Shown here piece after piece: positions 13,084 through 27,679 of a stretch of 64,000 nucleotides of DNA. Within the stretch, counting starts at the first letter, position 1; each line of letters starts with the position of its first letter. Under the pieces are notes generated by a model. The model was not told the DNA's origin, searched no databases, and was given only the letters and a program-made list of their open reading frames with translations. The stretch is from Octopus vulgaris (lineage: Eukaryota). A program made the position numbers and the translations under genes. Where the stretch lies: positions 108,748,001 through 108,812,000 of the forward strand of contig OX597815.1 of NCBI GenBank assembly GCA_951406725.2. The letters are read 5' to 3'.

Positions 13084-14019
13084 GTGACGATGATGTTGAT
13101 GACAACAATGACAATAACAACGATAATGAGAGTGGCAATGAAAAGAATGGTAATGATGAGGATGGTTTCTTTGGCACCTGACCAATTTTTATAAGTGTTG
13201 GGGGTCTACTAGAGCTGATTGAATTGGTTCTAATGCATTTCTGGCACTATATTTGATATCAACCTCTCAGGGATGAAAAGACAATTCTAGTCCCAGTAGG
13301 ATTTGGCAACAACTGCAATGTCATTATCAAGAAAGATGATAGTAGCAGCAGCAGCAACTACAACATCAACAACAACACTGATAGTGAGCATAACAAAAAT
13401 AATCACAAAGAAAGCAATAAGAGAAGCAACAAATTTTTTGTAACCATAACAACAGCTAGAATAGCAATGACAAAATAAATAACTCCATAAATGACAGCAA
13501 AAACAGCTATAAGTAGTAGGTAACAAGGCAACAAGAGAACTTCATTAAACAAGAGGACTGCATCAGAGAACAAGAAAGACTATAGACAGCCACTCGATAT
13601 ATTAGAAATAGCAGCTAAATCTCCTTCAAATCACATATTCCTTTCTAAAAATTAAAAGAACATGGTCATGGCTCTGTGGTTAAGAATACTTTACACTCAA
13701 AGGGTTTTATTCCTGCTGCATGGTACCTCGGTCATGTGTTTTCTATAACAGTTTCAGATTGCTTCATACCTTGTGAGTGGAATTTAGTAGACAGAATCTG
13801 CTCAGTGTTGCTGGCAATTTGAAAACCAATGGAGATATAAACAGGTTTTGCTTCCCATTCAATGATAGTGGTTATTGTCGAAAATCTGTATTGATATATG
13901 AAGCAAGTATTGTGGCATTGAAGCAATATCCACTTCAGAGGGAAGAGGAAAGAAGCCAGTAACTATCTTGAGCGCGTGAAATCAACAAAATAATTAGGTA
14001 ACATTCTTTTCTTTCTTTT

Positions 14020-14234
14020 TCTTTTCCTTTATTCATTTCAGTCATTTTGACTGCAGCCATGCTGAAGCACCTCCTTTAGTCAAGCAAATCAACCCCAGGG
14101 CTTATTCTTTGTAAGCCTAGTACTTATTCTATCAGTCTCTGATGCCGAACTGCTAAGTTATGGACACGTAAACACACTAGCATCGGTTGTCAAGCGATGT
14201 TGGAGGACACATACACATACAAACATATATATAC

Positions 14235-14280
<46 letters not shown>

Positions 14281-14442
14281 GACAGGCTTCTTCCAGTTTC
14301 CATCTACCAAATCCACTCACAAGGCTTTGGTCAGCCTGAGGCTATAGTAGAAGACACTTGCCCAAGGTGCCACACAGTGGGACTGAACCTGGAACCATGT
14401 CGTTGGTTAGCAAGCTACTTACCACACAGCCACTCCTGCGCC
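14020..14442 (-). mobile_element. SINE family A, full length
   Basis: Head ggcgcaggagtggctgtgtggtaag, internal (TA)n, conserved tail. Confidence 0.9.
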
Positions 14443-14469
14443 TATATGATTAGGATTTCTAATGAGCTT

Positions 14470-15500
14470 GAGAACTCTGTTTGATTTGTAGGAAAGGTGT
14501 AGGCAGGATCTCTATGCAGTGTGCCCAGTGTAAGCTATGTACACACAAAAGATGCAGTGGATTAATAGGAAGGTTATCAGAGAAAATAGTTTTCATATGT
14601 GGAAGATGCACAGCATCCATAAAATCTTTAGAGACTCAGGAAATTAAATCTCTCAAACGTCCAAATAGCTCATTTGATAATTTCTGCTAAATAAATTAGT
14701 AGTGAGAGAGGATGCATGGAAAGTGTGATAGCTAGAATAAGAATATGATAGAGGAAATTCAGAGAGCTGTTACCTTTGTTGGCCATGGAAGGTTTCTCTC
14801 TCCGAGTGAAAGGAAGATTGTATGATGCATGTATATAGACAACAATTCTACATAGTGGTGAGATGTAGGCCCGGAATTCTGAGGACATGCGAAGGTTAGA
14901 GAGGAATGAAGCTAGTATGCTTTGTGTAATATAAATATACATGTTTGATAGAGTGTTAGTGTTTTGAGAGAGAAGTTAGGCATAAGAGGAACTGATTGCT
15001 GCGAGCAAAAGAGAAGACTGTGCTAGTTTGGTCATTTGGTGTGAATGGATGCAAACAGCTCCATAAAGAAGTGCTGATTTCTTGAAGTAGATGGGGCACA
15101 TGGAAGTGGGAGATTCAGGAAGACATGAGAAGAAGTACTGAAGAACAACCTCAGGAAGCTGAACCTTTCAGGTGAGATGAGAAAGGAATGAGATACCTGG
15201 TGCCTTGTTGTACTCAAGAAGACCCTTACTCCACAACAGAAGTGTTAAGACTTGTCCCTCTGGTAGTGAAAAACACTCATGATAGAGTTATGTAAAAGCA
15301 CCCAAGCAGCACCATGTAAAAGCGCCCATGTGATACCATGTAAAAGTACCTGTGTGGCGCCCATGCAGGACCATATTGAAGCGCCTGTGTGGTGCCACAT
15401 AAAAGCACCCAGCACACTCTGTAAAGTGGTTGACATTAGGAAGGGCATCCAGCTATAGAAACCATGTCAAATCAGACTGAAGTCTGGTGTAGCATCAGCC
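14470..15500 (+). mobile_element. Decayed RTE LINE 3' region with Cys/His-rich segment
   Basis: ICRKGVGRISMQCAQCKLCTHKRCSG...FICGRC, then VKGRLYDAC, RRLERNEASML and the RTE tail. Confidence 0.8.
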
Positions 15501-15879
15501 ACATTATTGCCAACTGAGAGAGAATGACTTCTAGATATCTTCACTTCAGATATGATGTGGCAGCCAGAACAAACTGGGACAGAAAAAGAAAAAAAGAGAC
15601 TACCAACAGACGAAGTTGACTATATTGAGACTAATGAGTCAAAAGAATATTGGTGTAACTTAAAAATGGAAGCAGCTGACAAGTTAAAACACAATTAGTC
15701 AGATGCTGAGTGTGTGGAACCACAAGAAAAAAATATGTTGTATATGGAAATCTGGTGTTCTCTTGACACCAATACACCAATGTGGTCATTAAAATACAGA
15801 AGGCAACATCCATAGACCTTTGATAAGGAATTTGCAAAACTTGTACCTAAGGTACACTTTCAGTTTCATTGTTGAGATC

Positions 15880-16370
15880 ATGTATCATATGTCATCAGAA
15901 CATTTATGACACTACAACGAAAGTCTTCCTGATTAAGTGTGAGTTCTCCAGCTGCCTTGCCACTCTTGTCTAACCAGCTCATGATATTTTCATCTATTGT
16001 AATCTTAGCCTGCTTCTTAATCTACTGCCCTCTACTCTTCCTTCCATGATAATGTTTTCCAGACTTTTGTTTCTTCGAATATGGCCATGATAGAAAGTTT
16101 TTTGTTTTTTCACAATGTTCAGGAGTTGTCATCTTTCACCTACTTGTAATGCCTATTCACTTGTCCAATGGTTCCTATAAGAGACTCGTAACCTTCTCAA
16201 ATGTATTGATTATGTTCACTTCGAATTTGTTCAGAGTCCATGCTTTACAACCATAAATGCCTACTGTCCAAATGAGCACTTGTGTTAGCCTCATTTTTAA
16301 CTTAATTGGGACACTTTTGCTACCGCAGATGTTACTAAGCTTTCCCATGGACAGTCTTGCCTATTGTTAT
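15880..16370 (-). mobile_element. Decayed RTE LINE of a second lineage, ORF C-terminus
   Basis: Hand translation: KLKMRLTQVLIWTVGIYGCKAWTL...HGHIRRNKSLENIIMEGRVEGSR. Confidence 0.75.
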
Positions 16371-17420
16371 TGGAGCAATAGGATACATACCAACCTGCCT
16401 AGAGCAAAACATGGCTGAACTTGAATTCTTGGGGAGAGAATGCAATTCCTTAATTCATATGCTACATGTAATCACAATATTTGGGACAAAAAAATTGTTA
16501 AAACCTTCTTAAGATTTGAAAGCTGATGAACAAAAACAGATGTTTTCCTTCACAATCTTGCTACCAAGCAAGTGGTCAGTCAAAATAAACCCTAAAGTAA
16601 AAAAGAAAAAGAAAACAAACATACATTCATATATGGCAAAAACTTGATAGAAAGAATAAACTTAATTTGTATATATTTTAAACCCATACTTTTAACTAAT
16701 ATAAATCTAATGTAATCTAATCTGATTTCTGTTCTATCCTATCTGTTCTGTCTACTCTCACAATTTTAAAGTTATTTGCTTCAAAACTGAGATAACTTCT
16801 GTTTTTAATAAACATAACTCTATATGTCACCATTAACAAGACATATGTTTATAATTCTGTATTTAATCATGGATAAATGGAGAAAAAATTAATACTTATA
16901 GATTCATCATACTAAATTTGATTTCATAAGGACTTTTCTTATCAACTTTATTATTTAAGATCTATACTGCAATAAATCACTTGCTGACTTAAATAATCTG
17001 CATAACATCAAAAACATTTTGTCTTGTATAATATGTACATTTAATGTTTAAGAAAAAAAGATGCAAACATTCCATGTTTTAAATAAGTTTATATAAATGA
17101 GAAATAAGTATATCTTGAATTATATACCAAGATATACTGTAAAACATATATGAAAAACCGATTAATTTTCAAAATATAATACAAATGTATTCGCAATTTA
17201 CAATGTAAAACACAAAACTGTTAGATATAGTATTTGTTTTATGCAGTATATACAAAATGACAAAATAAAAAGTAAAATTATAGTCTTTTGAGTGTCATAT
17301 ACAAAATCATAATTCTACAAAATACAAAATTCATATTTTAAATAAATGTGAATGATTAATAAGAAAAATGAAGTGTATTGTTTCTAGAAAAATATAATTC
17401 ATTATTATATATATGTTTGA

Positions 17421-17466
<46 letters not shown>

Positions 17467-17939
17467 ATGTGTACATGCATGCATGTGCATGTCCATGCAT
17501 GTGTGTGTATTTGAGGATTACAAAATATATTCAAATATATTTTTTGAAAGATTAAATGTTTGGTAACCCCTATGAGGACTTGTTAATCTTTTTTCCTTTT
17601 CCTTTCTTTTTTATGGCTTCCTAACTTATCCTAAATCAATGCCAATAATGCAGATGCTGAATATTTTGCTGTCCCCTACTCTCCATATCAGCATATTTAA
17701 TCCCCTATACATATTGAAGCAACATGTAGAAAACTCAAACAGCCTTGATCTTTTTTTCATGTCTAAATCTAATCTATCTCAGATTATAACTGTCTCTACA
17801 CCCCTCATATCTTCACTGCTACCACTCAGCACACATCCACATACCACTCAGCAACCCAATTATAACACATTCTATGGTTTTATACCATCTACTCCTGGTA
17901 GGTAGATGGAATAAAATTGGCAAAGATCCATAACACGGG

Positions 17940-18560
17940 TGAAGTAACTGATGCTCAGAGTAGACCCCATCAAAAACAACTAGGGTGGTGACTGAATCTA
18001 TCATTCTTGATATATCAATATTCACAGCCTCATTATTGCCAAAGATTTTTCATGGTGAAAGTTATCTATAGCACAGCTACGACTGCATCCAAAAAACTAG
18101 CTTTTCTCTTCAAAGCTAGAAAATACTTCAACCTCTAACAATTATTGAGACTCTACAAAGCTTAAGGAAGGATCAAAATGGAGTATGCTCTCAATTCTGA
18201 GACGGTTCTGTCGTGACACACACAAACATTATAGACCACAACCAGAAAAGGACATAAATCCACTCACAGACATATCCCAGCCTCTAACCTGCAGGCACTC
18301 AGGCATGTTATCTTCTGTCACTACTCTTATAGTCCTTGATTCTTGGAGGTAGTGGCTTCATACCACCCCTATCCAGGCATTCCAATCCCACTTGTCTCTC
18401 TTCCTCTCATTATCCTTATTGTATCCAACTCTTAGGTCTTGTTTTAATCTCTACATTCAATCTTTTCTTCACAGAATGTTGGCCCACTTGAATTCTGTTC
18501 CTATTCATATCTTTTCAAGAGGAACACTAATGCCAGTTATCTCACCAGTCTAAGTATGCT
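17940..18560 (+). mobile_element. Decayed CR1/Jockey-group LINE, ORF2 C-terminal remnant
   Basis: Hand translation: KKLAFLFKARKYF..QLLRLYKA...MEY and YIQSFLHRMLAHLNSVP. Confidence 0.6.
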
Positions 18561-18878
18561 TGCAAAAACCATGGTTATTGACCCTTTCTCCAGATCCAGC
18601 AAATAAAAGAACCCTTCATAAAATCAACATTTAACATATAAATCTAGTCTAATTAACCAATATAGATATTTAGATCTAAATGATAATATAATTTATAAAA
18701 GCTATGTTTTTGTTTTGTTTCCTTGAAATATGTTTCTCTAATTTGATTTTATAAATGTTAAATAATTTTCCTTTGAATTCCTTTTGACCACTGAAAATGT
18801 GCTTGCCAACACAAGCCAGTTGGCCAATTGTTACACTTACAATTAATATGTGTGGGTGTATATGAGTGAATGTGTGCA

Positions 18879-18930
<52 letters not shown>

Positions 18931-19084
18931 GAAAGAAAGATTTGAAAATGCAAAAGTCTTTTAGAGATGTTTATTAACTTGACCGTACGTATATGGATAT
19001 GTATGTACATATATGGATAGATGAATCGATATATCATCATCATCAATATCATCATCATCAACATCATCATCATCATCATTATCA

Positions 19085-20228
19085 TTATCATCATCATCAT
19101 CGTTTAACGTCCGTTTTTCATGCTGGCATGGGTTGGACAGTTTAACTGGGGTCTGGGAAAAAGGAGGCTACACCAAGCCCCAGTCTAATCTGACAGTGTT
19201 TCTACAGCTGGATGCCCTTCCTAACGCTAACCACTCTGAGAGTATAGTGGATGCATTTTACGTGCCACTGACACAAGGAGCCAGAGGAGCTGGCATTGAC
19301 ACGATCAGATGGTGCTTTTTATGTGCCACCAGTACAGAAGCTAGTCAAGGCGGCACTGGCATCGGCCATGTTCGGATGGTACTTTTTATTTGCTACTGGC
19401 ATGAGGCTCACAACTACAATTTCCATTTGATTTGATGTTGATATTGCTGATGTTGATGTACTTGACTTGGCATTGGTACTTTTTATGTCCCACCGGCATG
19501 GAAGCCAGTCAAGGCGGCACTGGTATTGGCCACATTCAGATGGTGCTTTTTATGTGCTACTGGCACAGGGCTTACCACTACGATTTCTATTTGATTTGAT
19601 TTTGATATTGCTGATGTTGATGTACTTGACTCAATAGGTCTCCTCAAGCACAGCATGTCACCCTACAATCCAAGGTACTTTTGAGTGGGCTGGCTATGTG
19701 ACACTGGTGTAAGTTACAGCTGTGGACTCACTTTATTTGCTGGGTCTTCTCAGTCACAGCATACCTCCAGAGGTCTCAGTCTTTTATCAACGTTTGAAGG
19801 TCATGCTTCACCACCTCATCCCATGTCTTCTTGGGTTTACCTCTACCCCAGATTCCTTCCACTGTTTGGGAGTGGCACTTCTTCACACAGTTCTCCTCAT
19901 CCATCCGCAGTTCATGACGATACCAACACAAACATCTCTCTTGCACGCCACATCCGATGCTTCTTATATCTAACATTTCTCCCAGGGTGCTTACACTCTG
20001 TCGTGTGTGCACACTGACGTTACACATAGAGCGGATCATGCTAGCTTCATTTCTTTCAAGCCTACATATGTCTTCAGCAGTCATAGTCTATGTTTTACTG
20101 CCGTGAAGCATGGCAGTTCACACACATGCATCATACAATCTACCTCACACTCTGAGCAAGAGGCCCTTTGTCACTAGTAGGAGTAGAAGATTTCTGAATT
20201 TTGCCCAGGCTATTCTTATTCTAGTGGT
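19085..20228 (-). mobile_element. RTE LINE 3' portion with duplicated 3' UTR block
   Basis: ORF 19776-20084 RLERNEASMIRSMCNV...KTWDEVVKHDL, same family as 2251-2912; 19290-19470 is repeated at about 19470-19630. Confidence 0.9.
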
Positions 20229-20239
20229 AATTGTTGTTG

Positions 20240-20520
20240 TTGTTAAAGGTTAAAACTTATTAGCCAATAAATCCTGGCACTCCTGATTGCTTTCATCAAA
20301 CCAGCTTTCTTGTCTTTAATGTAAAACGCAAAGATATCTTCAGAGGATTGCATCATGATGGTGTTTAGATATTCCTTCTGGAATAGTATAAGTTAGAAAG
20401 GTGTGATCTCAAATCTCAGCTGAAGATTTGCCTGGAATAAGCTTTCTCTCTAGTAGACTGGAGATTGCCAACAAAAATGTTTTCCTTGAAAGACCTCTTC
20501 TCTTTGGCTTAATTTTAAAG
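20240..20520 (-). mobile_element. RTE-like LINE EN-RT linker remnant
   Basis: Hand translation: MQSSEDIF...WFDESNQECQDLLANK (WFDE motif). Confidence 0.5.
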
Positions 20521-20603
20521 ATTTGCTTCATATTATATAATATATATATCTTTATCTGTTTCTCTCTCTCTATGTATAAATAAATAAATAAATAAATAAA
20601 TAA

Positions 20604-20718
<115 letters not shown>

Positions 20719-20723
20719 AACAT

Positions 20724-20795
<72 letters not shown>

Positions 20796-21732
20796 AAGTA
20801 CGTATGTAAGTAAATATGCATTAGACATTTGTATAATGTTTGAGAAAGTATTTTGGTAGCCAAACATTTCCAAAATAGATAATATACTTGCCATTTCATA
20901 AAAGTACCAGCTGTTTGTCAGACATAGATTGAGGCAAGTAGAATAATTATAACTAGACAATGTACATCATAGAGAAAATAAAAGAAGAGATAATGAGGAA
21001 AATGCTCCTGTGAAGATTGATCTGTATTATGTTGGCATTGTTTCCTCAAGCTGTCTTTTTCCAGTTGATCTAATATTGCGTTATGTTTGTTTAGAGAAGT
21101 CACAATTAATGTATTCTTTAAAACTGTGCTCTTCAAAGTTCTGTAAAACTTCTGTATTAGAATGAAATATAAATGACTAAAAAAATTATTTCAGTGAAAT
21201 ACAAGTGACTAGAAAAATAGCAAATGTAGTTTTATCACATATAAAATGCAAATAGATCCCTCAAATAAAAAGACTACATTTAATTTGAAAGTCAAAAGCA
21301 TATTTTTAAACAAATGATTCAAAATAATCCTTTTGTTCCCATATTTTTGTTGAAATACACTATTGTTTATTTTAAATTAAATTTGAACATAATGAAGTGC
21401 TTAATAAAATAACTTTGCCATTAACTTGGTAGTTAGGACATAGATTAACATGAAATTTTGAAAGAAGAATTTAGTTTAGATAACTTTAAAACAGAAAGTT
21501 AGTATCATAGAAACATGATGGGAAGTTGTCAGGCAGGCTGGTATCAAAAGGGTTATGCCATACTAAATGAAAGCTATTTTCAAAAAGATAATTGTTCAAA
21601 GATTTAATAAGAGTGTACTCGATAGTGTAGTTACCAACTAGTATTAATTGGGTTTCTAATTAGTTAGTATTATAGCACACGTTGATTAATTGACATGTTG
21701 TCAGCCCTAACTTAGCAGACCTATGGTATATA

Positions 21733-21819
<87 letters not shown>

Positions 21820-21822
<3 letters not shown>

Positions 21823-22790
21823 GAAAGAAGGTTTGAAAATGCAATTTTAAAAGTTATTTATTTACTTTACCGGTTACACTCTTTGGAAAAAGATTGTCAA
21901 AAGTAACATGTAGAAGTTTGGTTGCGTTAATTATTGGTTGTTACAAAATGCTACATTACATATATACAGTCTTTGGTAACAAGGAAATGTTAAGGACATA
22001 AAAAAGTTTAACAAGTTCCTTAAAATATTGGGCATGAAAGATTACAACATAAATAATCATTCTCAAGAACATGTTAAAGATAGTTTCCAGAAGAAATTAT
22101 TAAAAAGTTCAGTGGGATATTGGTATTGTATCTGTATATTCAAATACGCACAGAATATTGGTTAACACAGAGTACTAAAACACATATATATACATTCTTT
22201 GGTGACAAGAGCATGTTAAGAACATAAAAAAGTTTAACAAGTTCATTGAAATATTGGTTATCAAAATATTACAACAAATATATACATTCTCAAGATAATT
22301 TCCAGAAGGAATTATTAAAAAGTTCAGTGGAATATTAGTATACATGCACAGAATATTATGAGTTCAAAAAGGTTTACATTATAATAGTAAGGAAGCTAAA
22401 ACTGACCTGTCCACCATGTTAATGTAAAAGAATGTTACATTATACCCGTCTGTATAATCTAACATGAATGATGGTGCACTCTCTCCATCTTCTCATCTAC
22501 TTCTGTATGTTTTCTGTTTGGTTCTGACCACAGCAAAGACAGGAAAGGTGAACTTGATCAGAATCTGATCGTTGATGTTATTTTATATTTACTAATGGTA
22601 GTGTATATCCCAGCACAGTCTTTTGAGTTTGCAAGACTATTGATATCACAGCTGTTTTTGCATAAAAATTTATAACTGTCATTTAACAATATGTCTCCAA
22701 CCAAGTAATCTCAGCTGCACCAAACAACACATTGTATTTGAGACAACCCTACATATTTGAGTCGATGAAAGAGCTTCTGAGTTATAGTTT
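21820..22790 (-). mobile_element. Probable decayed PLE 3' region with ~225-bp tandem duplication (21960-22360) and eroded hammerhead (21865-21905)
   Basis: The direct repeat is visible. Minus strand actt-TTGACAA...GTAA-CCGG-TA-aagt; ends in (TA)n; terminus homologous to 18930-18990. Confidence 0.45.
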
Positions 22791-22794
22791 GATA

Positions 22795-22982
22795 TGCAGA
22801 TATAGCAGCCAAATGAAATCTCTCACAAATTATACTTTATTATCCTAAAAACAGGAAAAGACCATTGCCTAGTGTAATCCTAGATTCTCTACACCTGAAT
22901 AAGATGGGATAATTATGACTTGAATGCCTTTGATTACAAGTTTAGACAGTCATGGCTAACTGAATGCTAAAAAATACAAACA
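22795..22982 (+). mobile_element. SINE-like family D (representative copy)
   Basis: atagcagccaaat...gatgggat...gaatgcctttgat...ctaaa motif; at least 15 decayed copies in the window. Confidence 0.6.
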
Positions 22983-23603
22983 ATTCCCTCTACTAAGCAA
23001 TGATACTTCTCTGATTTTATTCTACCAGCTCACAGCAGTTGTTTAGTTCCCTCAACAAACTCATGTTTAAAATGTTAACTACACTAATTTAAGATTTTAA
23101 ATTCAAATGTTGTCAGATGCTTCGAGATGGAATACTCAGTAGAGTATTACAAATATATAGATCTTCTATTAGTTTCAATGATGAGTATACCAGTTGTTTA
23201 ATCAACTAGACTACTGAATTAGCATGTAAGTGGTTCGAGTATTTCACAGGCCTGTACCTTTAACATAATCGTCAGGCATAATGGGATATGACAATATATG
23301 TGATAAAGCAGTTCCCTTGAATTATGGGTGCAGACAATCTAAGAGACCACCATACAGTTTCCATCTAACCATTTTCATCCAAAATGTTACTCGGGGTGAC
23401 CCATTGCAATGGAATAAAAAATTTGCTTGTGAGTAAATCATGTTTGAGTAGCTGCATTGGTATTGACTAAAGCATTTCATCACCAACAGTAGTAGAAGCA
23501 TGATTCTGCAAGTCAGCTTCTACATGGCCACTCAATCTGTTAGAAATGGCAACCAAATCTACCTCAAAGACATCTATAACACCTTAAAAATAAAATGAAC
23601 ATA

Positions 23604-23773
23604 GGCACAGGAGTGGCTGTGTGGTATGTAGCTTGCTTACCAACCACATGGTTTTTGGTTCTGTTCCACTGCATGGCACCTTGGGCAAGTGTCTTCTCCT
23701 ATAGCCTCAAGCTGACCAAAGCCTTATGAAAAGATTTGGCAGATGGAAACTGAAAGAAGCCCATTGTATATAC

Positions 23774-23818
<45 letters not shown>

Positions 23819-24045
23819 CGTGCGTGTATATGTTTGTGTGTCTGTGCTTGTCCCCTCACCATCACTTGACAACCGATGTTGGTGTGCTTATGTCCCCATA
23901 ACTTCGTGGTTCAGCAAAAGATATCAATGGAATAAGTACTAAGCTTACAAAGAATAAGTCCTGGGGATCGATTTGTTTGACTAAAGGCAGTGCTCCAGCA
24001 TGGCCGCAGTCAAATGACTAAAACTATTAAAAGAATAAAAGAATA
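23604..24045 (+). mobile_element. SINE family A, full length, inserted into a family D copy
   Basis: Complete head, internal microsatellite and tail; the family D halves lie at 23520-23600 and 24050-24150. Confidence 0.9.
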
Positions 24046-25929
24046 ATAGATAACATTATCCTAGATTACTGTAAAAAAAGCTATAAGGACCTTGGGTAAT
24101 ATGTCTTTTATCACAAATCTGTTCAATCAGGGATGACCTGGAGCTAAACAAAAAACATAAAGAAAAATCTAAAGTCCATGATCGAGCCTCAACTTGATCA
24201 TTCCGGAAATAGTGAACAAATTTCATATCATATCACATACTACCAATTTTTAAAAGAGAAGAAAACATTGTAAAATTTTAGTCTTGTTGCATTTAGATGT
24301 ACTGATCATTGCTAAAAAAATTTTGACTGTAGGTCTCCTGGATCAGAACTACCCTGAAGATAAACAACAACATCAAAAACAAATACTAAAGAACCAATGA
24401 GAAACTCTATGTGAACACTCAACCTGCTTGTTAGAAACAGCAGTCAATACTATTCTCATATGAATAATAATATTAAGAACACTGCAGCAAACAATGATCA
24501 GGCTGGTTTTTCCAATCCACTGACTTTTCTTTTCATTATTTCTCTTTCCACTCTATACCTCACGCTCTAATTCTCTCTGTCTTTTCTAATTCATCATACT
24601 CAAATTTATCTCTTCCCTTTCCACTACAACCCTTCACTCTCTCTCTATCTCTCTTTCCTTTTCTCTATCTTTTCTAATGAAGACGAAAAAGAAAGAAGAG
24701 GAGGAATCATCCATATTTGGATCTGGAAAGGGTGGACCTCTACTCGGTTTAGACACCCAAGATATAAGGTTTGTTGTGAACAATAGTGCTCCTATAATAT
24801 ATCAAGATTTGAGGACTCCATGGTATGGCAATGCAAAACCATTTCTCTTTATCAATCCCTCTCTAACCTCTTTTTCTCTATTTATCCCATTCTAATTTCT
24901 TACTATCTCTCCCACCCTAGATTAATCACTTTCATTCTTACTCTAATTTATCTCCATGTTTCCTTCTCTACTTCCTTTTCTCTATTTGCCATAATCTAAT
25001 TTCCTTCTGTCTATGTCTCTAATTTTCTTTATCTATCCAACTCTAATACGTTTTTCTTTCTCTAATATATCTCTTTCTAATTTCTTCCTATCTAATTTTC
25101 TCTTTCTTACTCTCACTTCCTGCTTCTTCCAGGTTTCTCTTCAAGTAGGCTTCTAAAATCAGATTATCCATATGTCTGCAAGACACTTTAGTCAGCTGCT
25201 GTCATTAATAACCAAGCTATTGACTTGATGAGAATAATCCTAAGGCTGTTCAGCTTCCATCTTTAGATCCTTACACTGTGTCAGATTACTTAAGCTAATC
25301 CTTGGCAGCAAGCTGTGTTTGAACTTGATGCCTATCTCTTTGACATTTACTTCTATTTTTATTCCCTTATTTATTTGTTATTTAGATTCTCCACTGTCTT
25401 TGTATTTCACTGCAAGCATATAAAGAACTCAAGCATGTAATGTGTATGCATGTATGCACATACAGATATGTGCATACACACAGATAAGTTTGTGTAGGCG
25501 CATATAAGTGTCGAGATCTTCTGTTGTGTTTTCAAACAAATATTATTAAATGAATGCATAGAAATATATTATAAGAATTCACTGAAAATCTAATGAAACT
25601 GTTGTTGTTGTTGTTTATCCAGGGTAAGCTCTGGTCATACAAAACTATGATCAAGGGCATTCCAGTTATGACCATCCCACCTTTTTATAATTCTAATTAC
25701 ATTATTCTAGCATCTCCTTTTTAAAGACCACCGCCACCACCACAACCACCACCACCACAACTACCACAACTACCACCACCACAACTACCACCACCACCAC
25801 CACCACTTTCATCATCACCACCACTGTAGATGTAATCCACAACATTTTTGTTGTCATGACTGTTGCCTCATGACCATGATGCTAATGATTATCATCATCA
25901 TCATTGAGCAGGATGATAAACTCTGTCAT

Positions 25930-26610
25930 ACATGAGGCAGAATTTACAGCAATGTTACATGATAACCTGACCAAAAAGAAAAATTGCATCAGGTTATACG
26001 AAAGTGATTTCAAAAGATGCTATGATAATCACCTATCTTCTTTCTGGTGAATGGACAAAAGTAAAGCCACTAAGTTGGCTAGCTACGTCTGGGTTCAAAG
26101 ACCAATTCAACACCACATACAATCAAGTGGAAAATCATAGAAAACTCCATGCCATATGTTAGTGGATAAAAAAAGGCAAGTTATGAGTAACTGTAAGATC
26201 ATACATCCTTTTTAGATCTAAGGATTCCACTGCATTGCTGAATTCCAGATCAGAAATTTCCAGCAAATGCAAACATTTGAACAAGTTTCTTTTGATGGTT
26301 GACTAGCTGTATCACAGACTTTAAACCCCTTTCATTGATTCTACACCATCTAGCCTTATGGCTTTATGGCTGAAGGGGATATAATTCTGATTCTTCTTTT
26401 GTCCTTTCGTTTTCTGTTTTCTTCCCTCTTCTACTTTGTAAACCAACTTTTATCTTGTTTTTCTCATGATTTCTCTAATCCTATTGCCTGGATTTGTAAC
26501 TTGTATAGGTCATGTTCACAGAGCCTAAAAATTACTTGGAGACACTTGGCATGTTTTAAAACCAGCCTTGATAAAATCTTTAATGTATGAAACTATAAGT
26601 AGCTCATAAC
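25930..26610 (+). mobile_element. Penelope-like element, GIY-YIG C-terminus plus 3' UTR, decayed
   Basis: Hand translation: FKRCYDNHLSSF..KATKLASYVW..IKWKIIE..PY..LLNSRSEISSKCKHLNKFLL. Eroded hammerhead agc-CTTGATAA..GAAA-CTATAAG-TA-gct at ~26563-26603. Confidence 0.75.
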
Positions 26611-26659
26611 TATATACTGCATACATTAAACAATATTTATCACTCACCAGGTGGAGTAC

Positions 26660-27420
26660 TCTTTTTGTTGATCATACCTGGAACAGCTAAGTGGTATGGC
26701 AGTGAAACATGGGTTGTGACTTTAGAGGACATACAAAGGGTTGAAATAAATGAAGCCAGCTGGGCCTCACAAAGGAAATGACAAAAAAAACCAAGACAAC
26801 TGATGATATGCTGTGCTTGAGAAGACTTGGCCAACAAACTTAAATCTATGTCTATGATCCCTTCTCTCTCCCACAACCCACCCATGCTCACCACCGATGA
26901 TTCTCCCCACTTCCCTCCATTCTCCCTCATGGGTCCACCTACTGATGTCCAAACAATTTGTCCCTGTTAAATCCCTTCCTCCACCTCTAGCTACTACTTT
27001 CCTTTTGAAACCTTGTGAACTCACCCACCTACCCACTCTTTCCAATCCCTGGTTCACTTCACTATTTACACCACTCTGAACTTGGGTACACAGCACCTGC
27101 CTTCTCTCCGTCATATCTTCACCCTCTTTTTCACCTCTATTTCTTCTTCACCTGGGGGAGTCCTGTTTCTCTTCTAATGCAAGGCACATTTCTATTCTGT
27201 CAATACTACTCCCCACACAGTTGAGGGGATCTTGTTCTGCAAGTTACTAGATAACCTCACTACTGCTGGTGGCACATAAAAAACACAAAGTGATAAAGTG
27301 TTTGGTGTTAGGGAGGGCATCTATGCTGTATAATCCATGTCAAAACTGACGACAGAACTTGGTGCAGTCTTCTAACTTGCCTGTTCCAGTCAAACATAGA
27401 AAATAGATGTTAAATGGTGG

Positions 27421-27455
<35 letters not shown>

Positions 27456-27460
27456 GTGAT
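26660..27460 (+). mobile_element. Old RTE LINE remnant with long pyrimidine-rich 3' UTR
   Basis: YGSETWVVT..RVEINEAS, tatgctgtgcttgagaagac, RTE tail and (GAT)n. Confidence 0.65.
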
Positions 27461-27480
27461 AATGATATATATATGTATAT

Positions 27481-27620
27481 ATATTGTATAAAGGATCATG
27501 GATAAGCCCGGAACAATGCAAAGTAAATGCAAAGCAAATCGCAAGAAAACAAATATAGGTGATTTGCCTTGCATCTATTTTGGATTGTTCTGGCCTTACC
27601 CATAATCCTTTATACAATAT
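27481..27620. repeat. Imperfect inverted repeat (~62-bp arms)
   Basis: atattgtataaaggatcatggataagcccggaacaatgcaaag... versus the reverse complement of the right arm, atattgtataaaggattatgggtaaggccagaacaatccaaaa... Confidence 0.85.
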
Positions 27621-27679
27621 ATTCTATACAATGCTTCATAGTAATTATTACATTACAATATAAATATATATATATACAA

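Noticed and set aside
13777-13962. Possible GIY-YIG start (FPFNDSGYCRKSVLIYEASIV)
   Set aside because: The resemblance to PLE motifs is too short and weak to support without a search.
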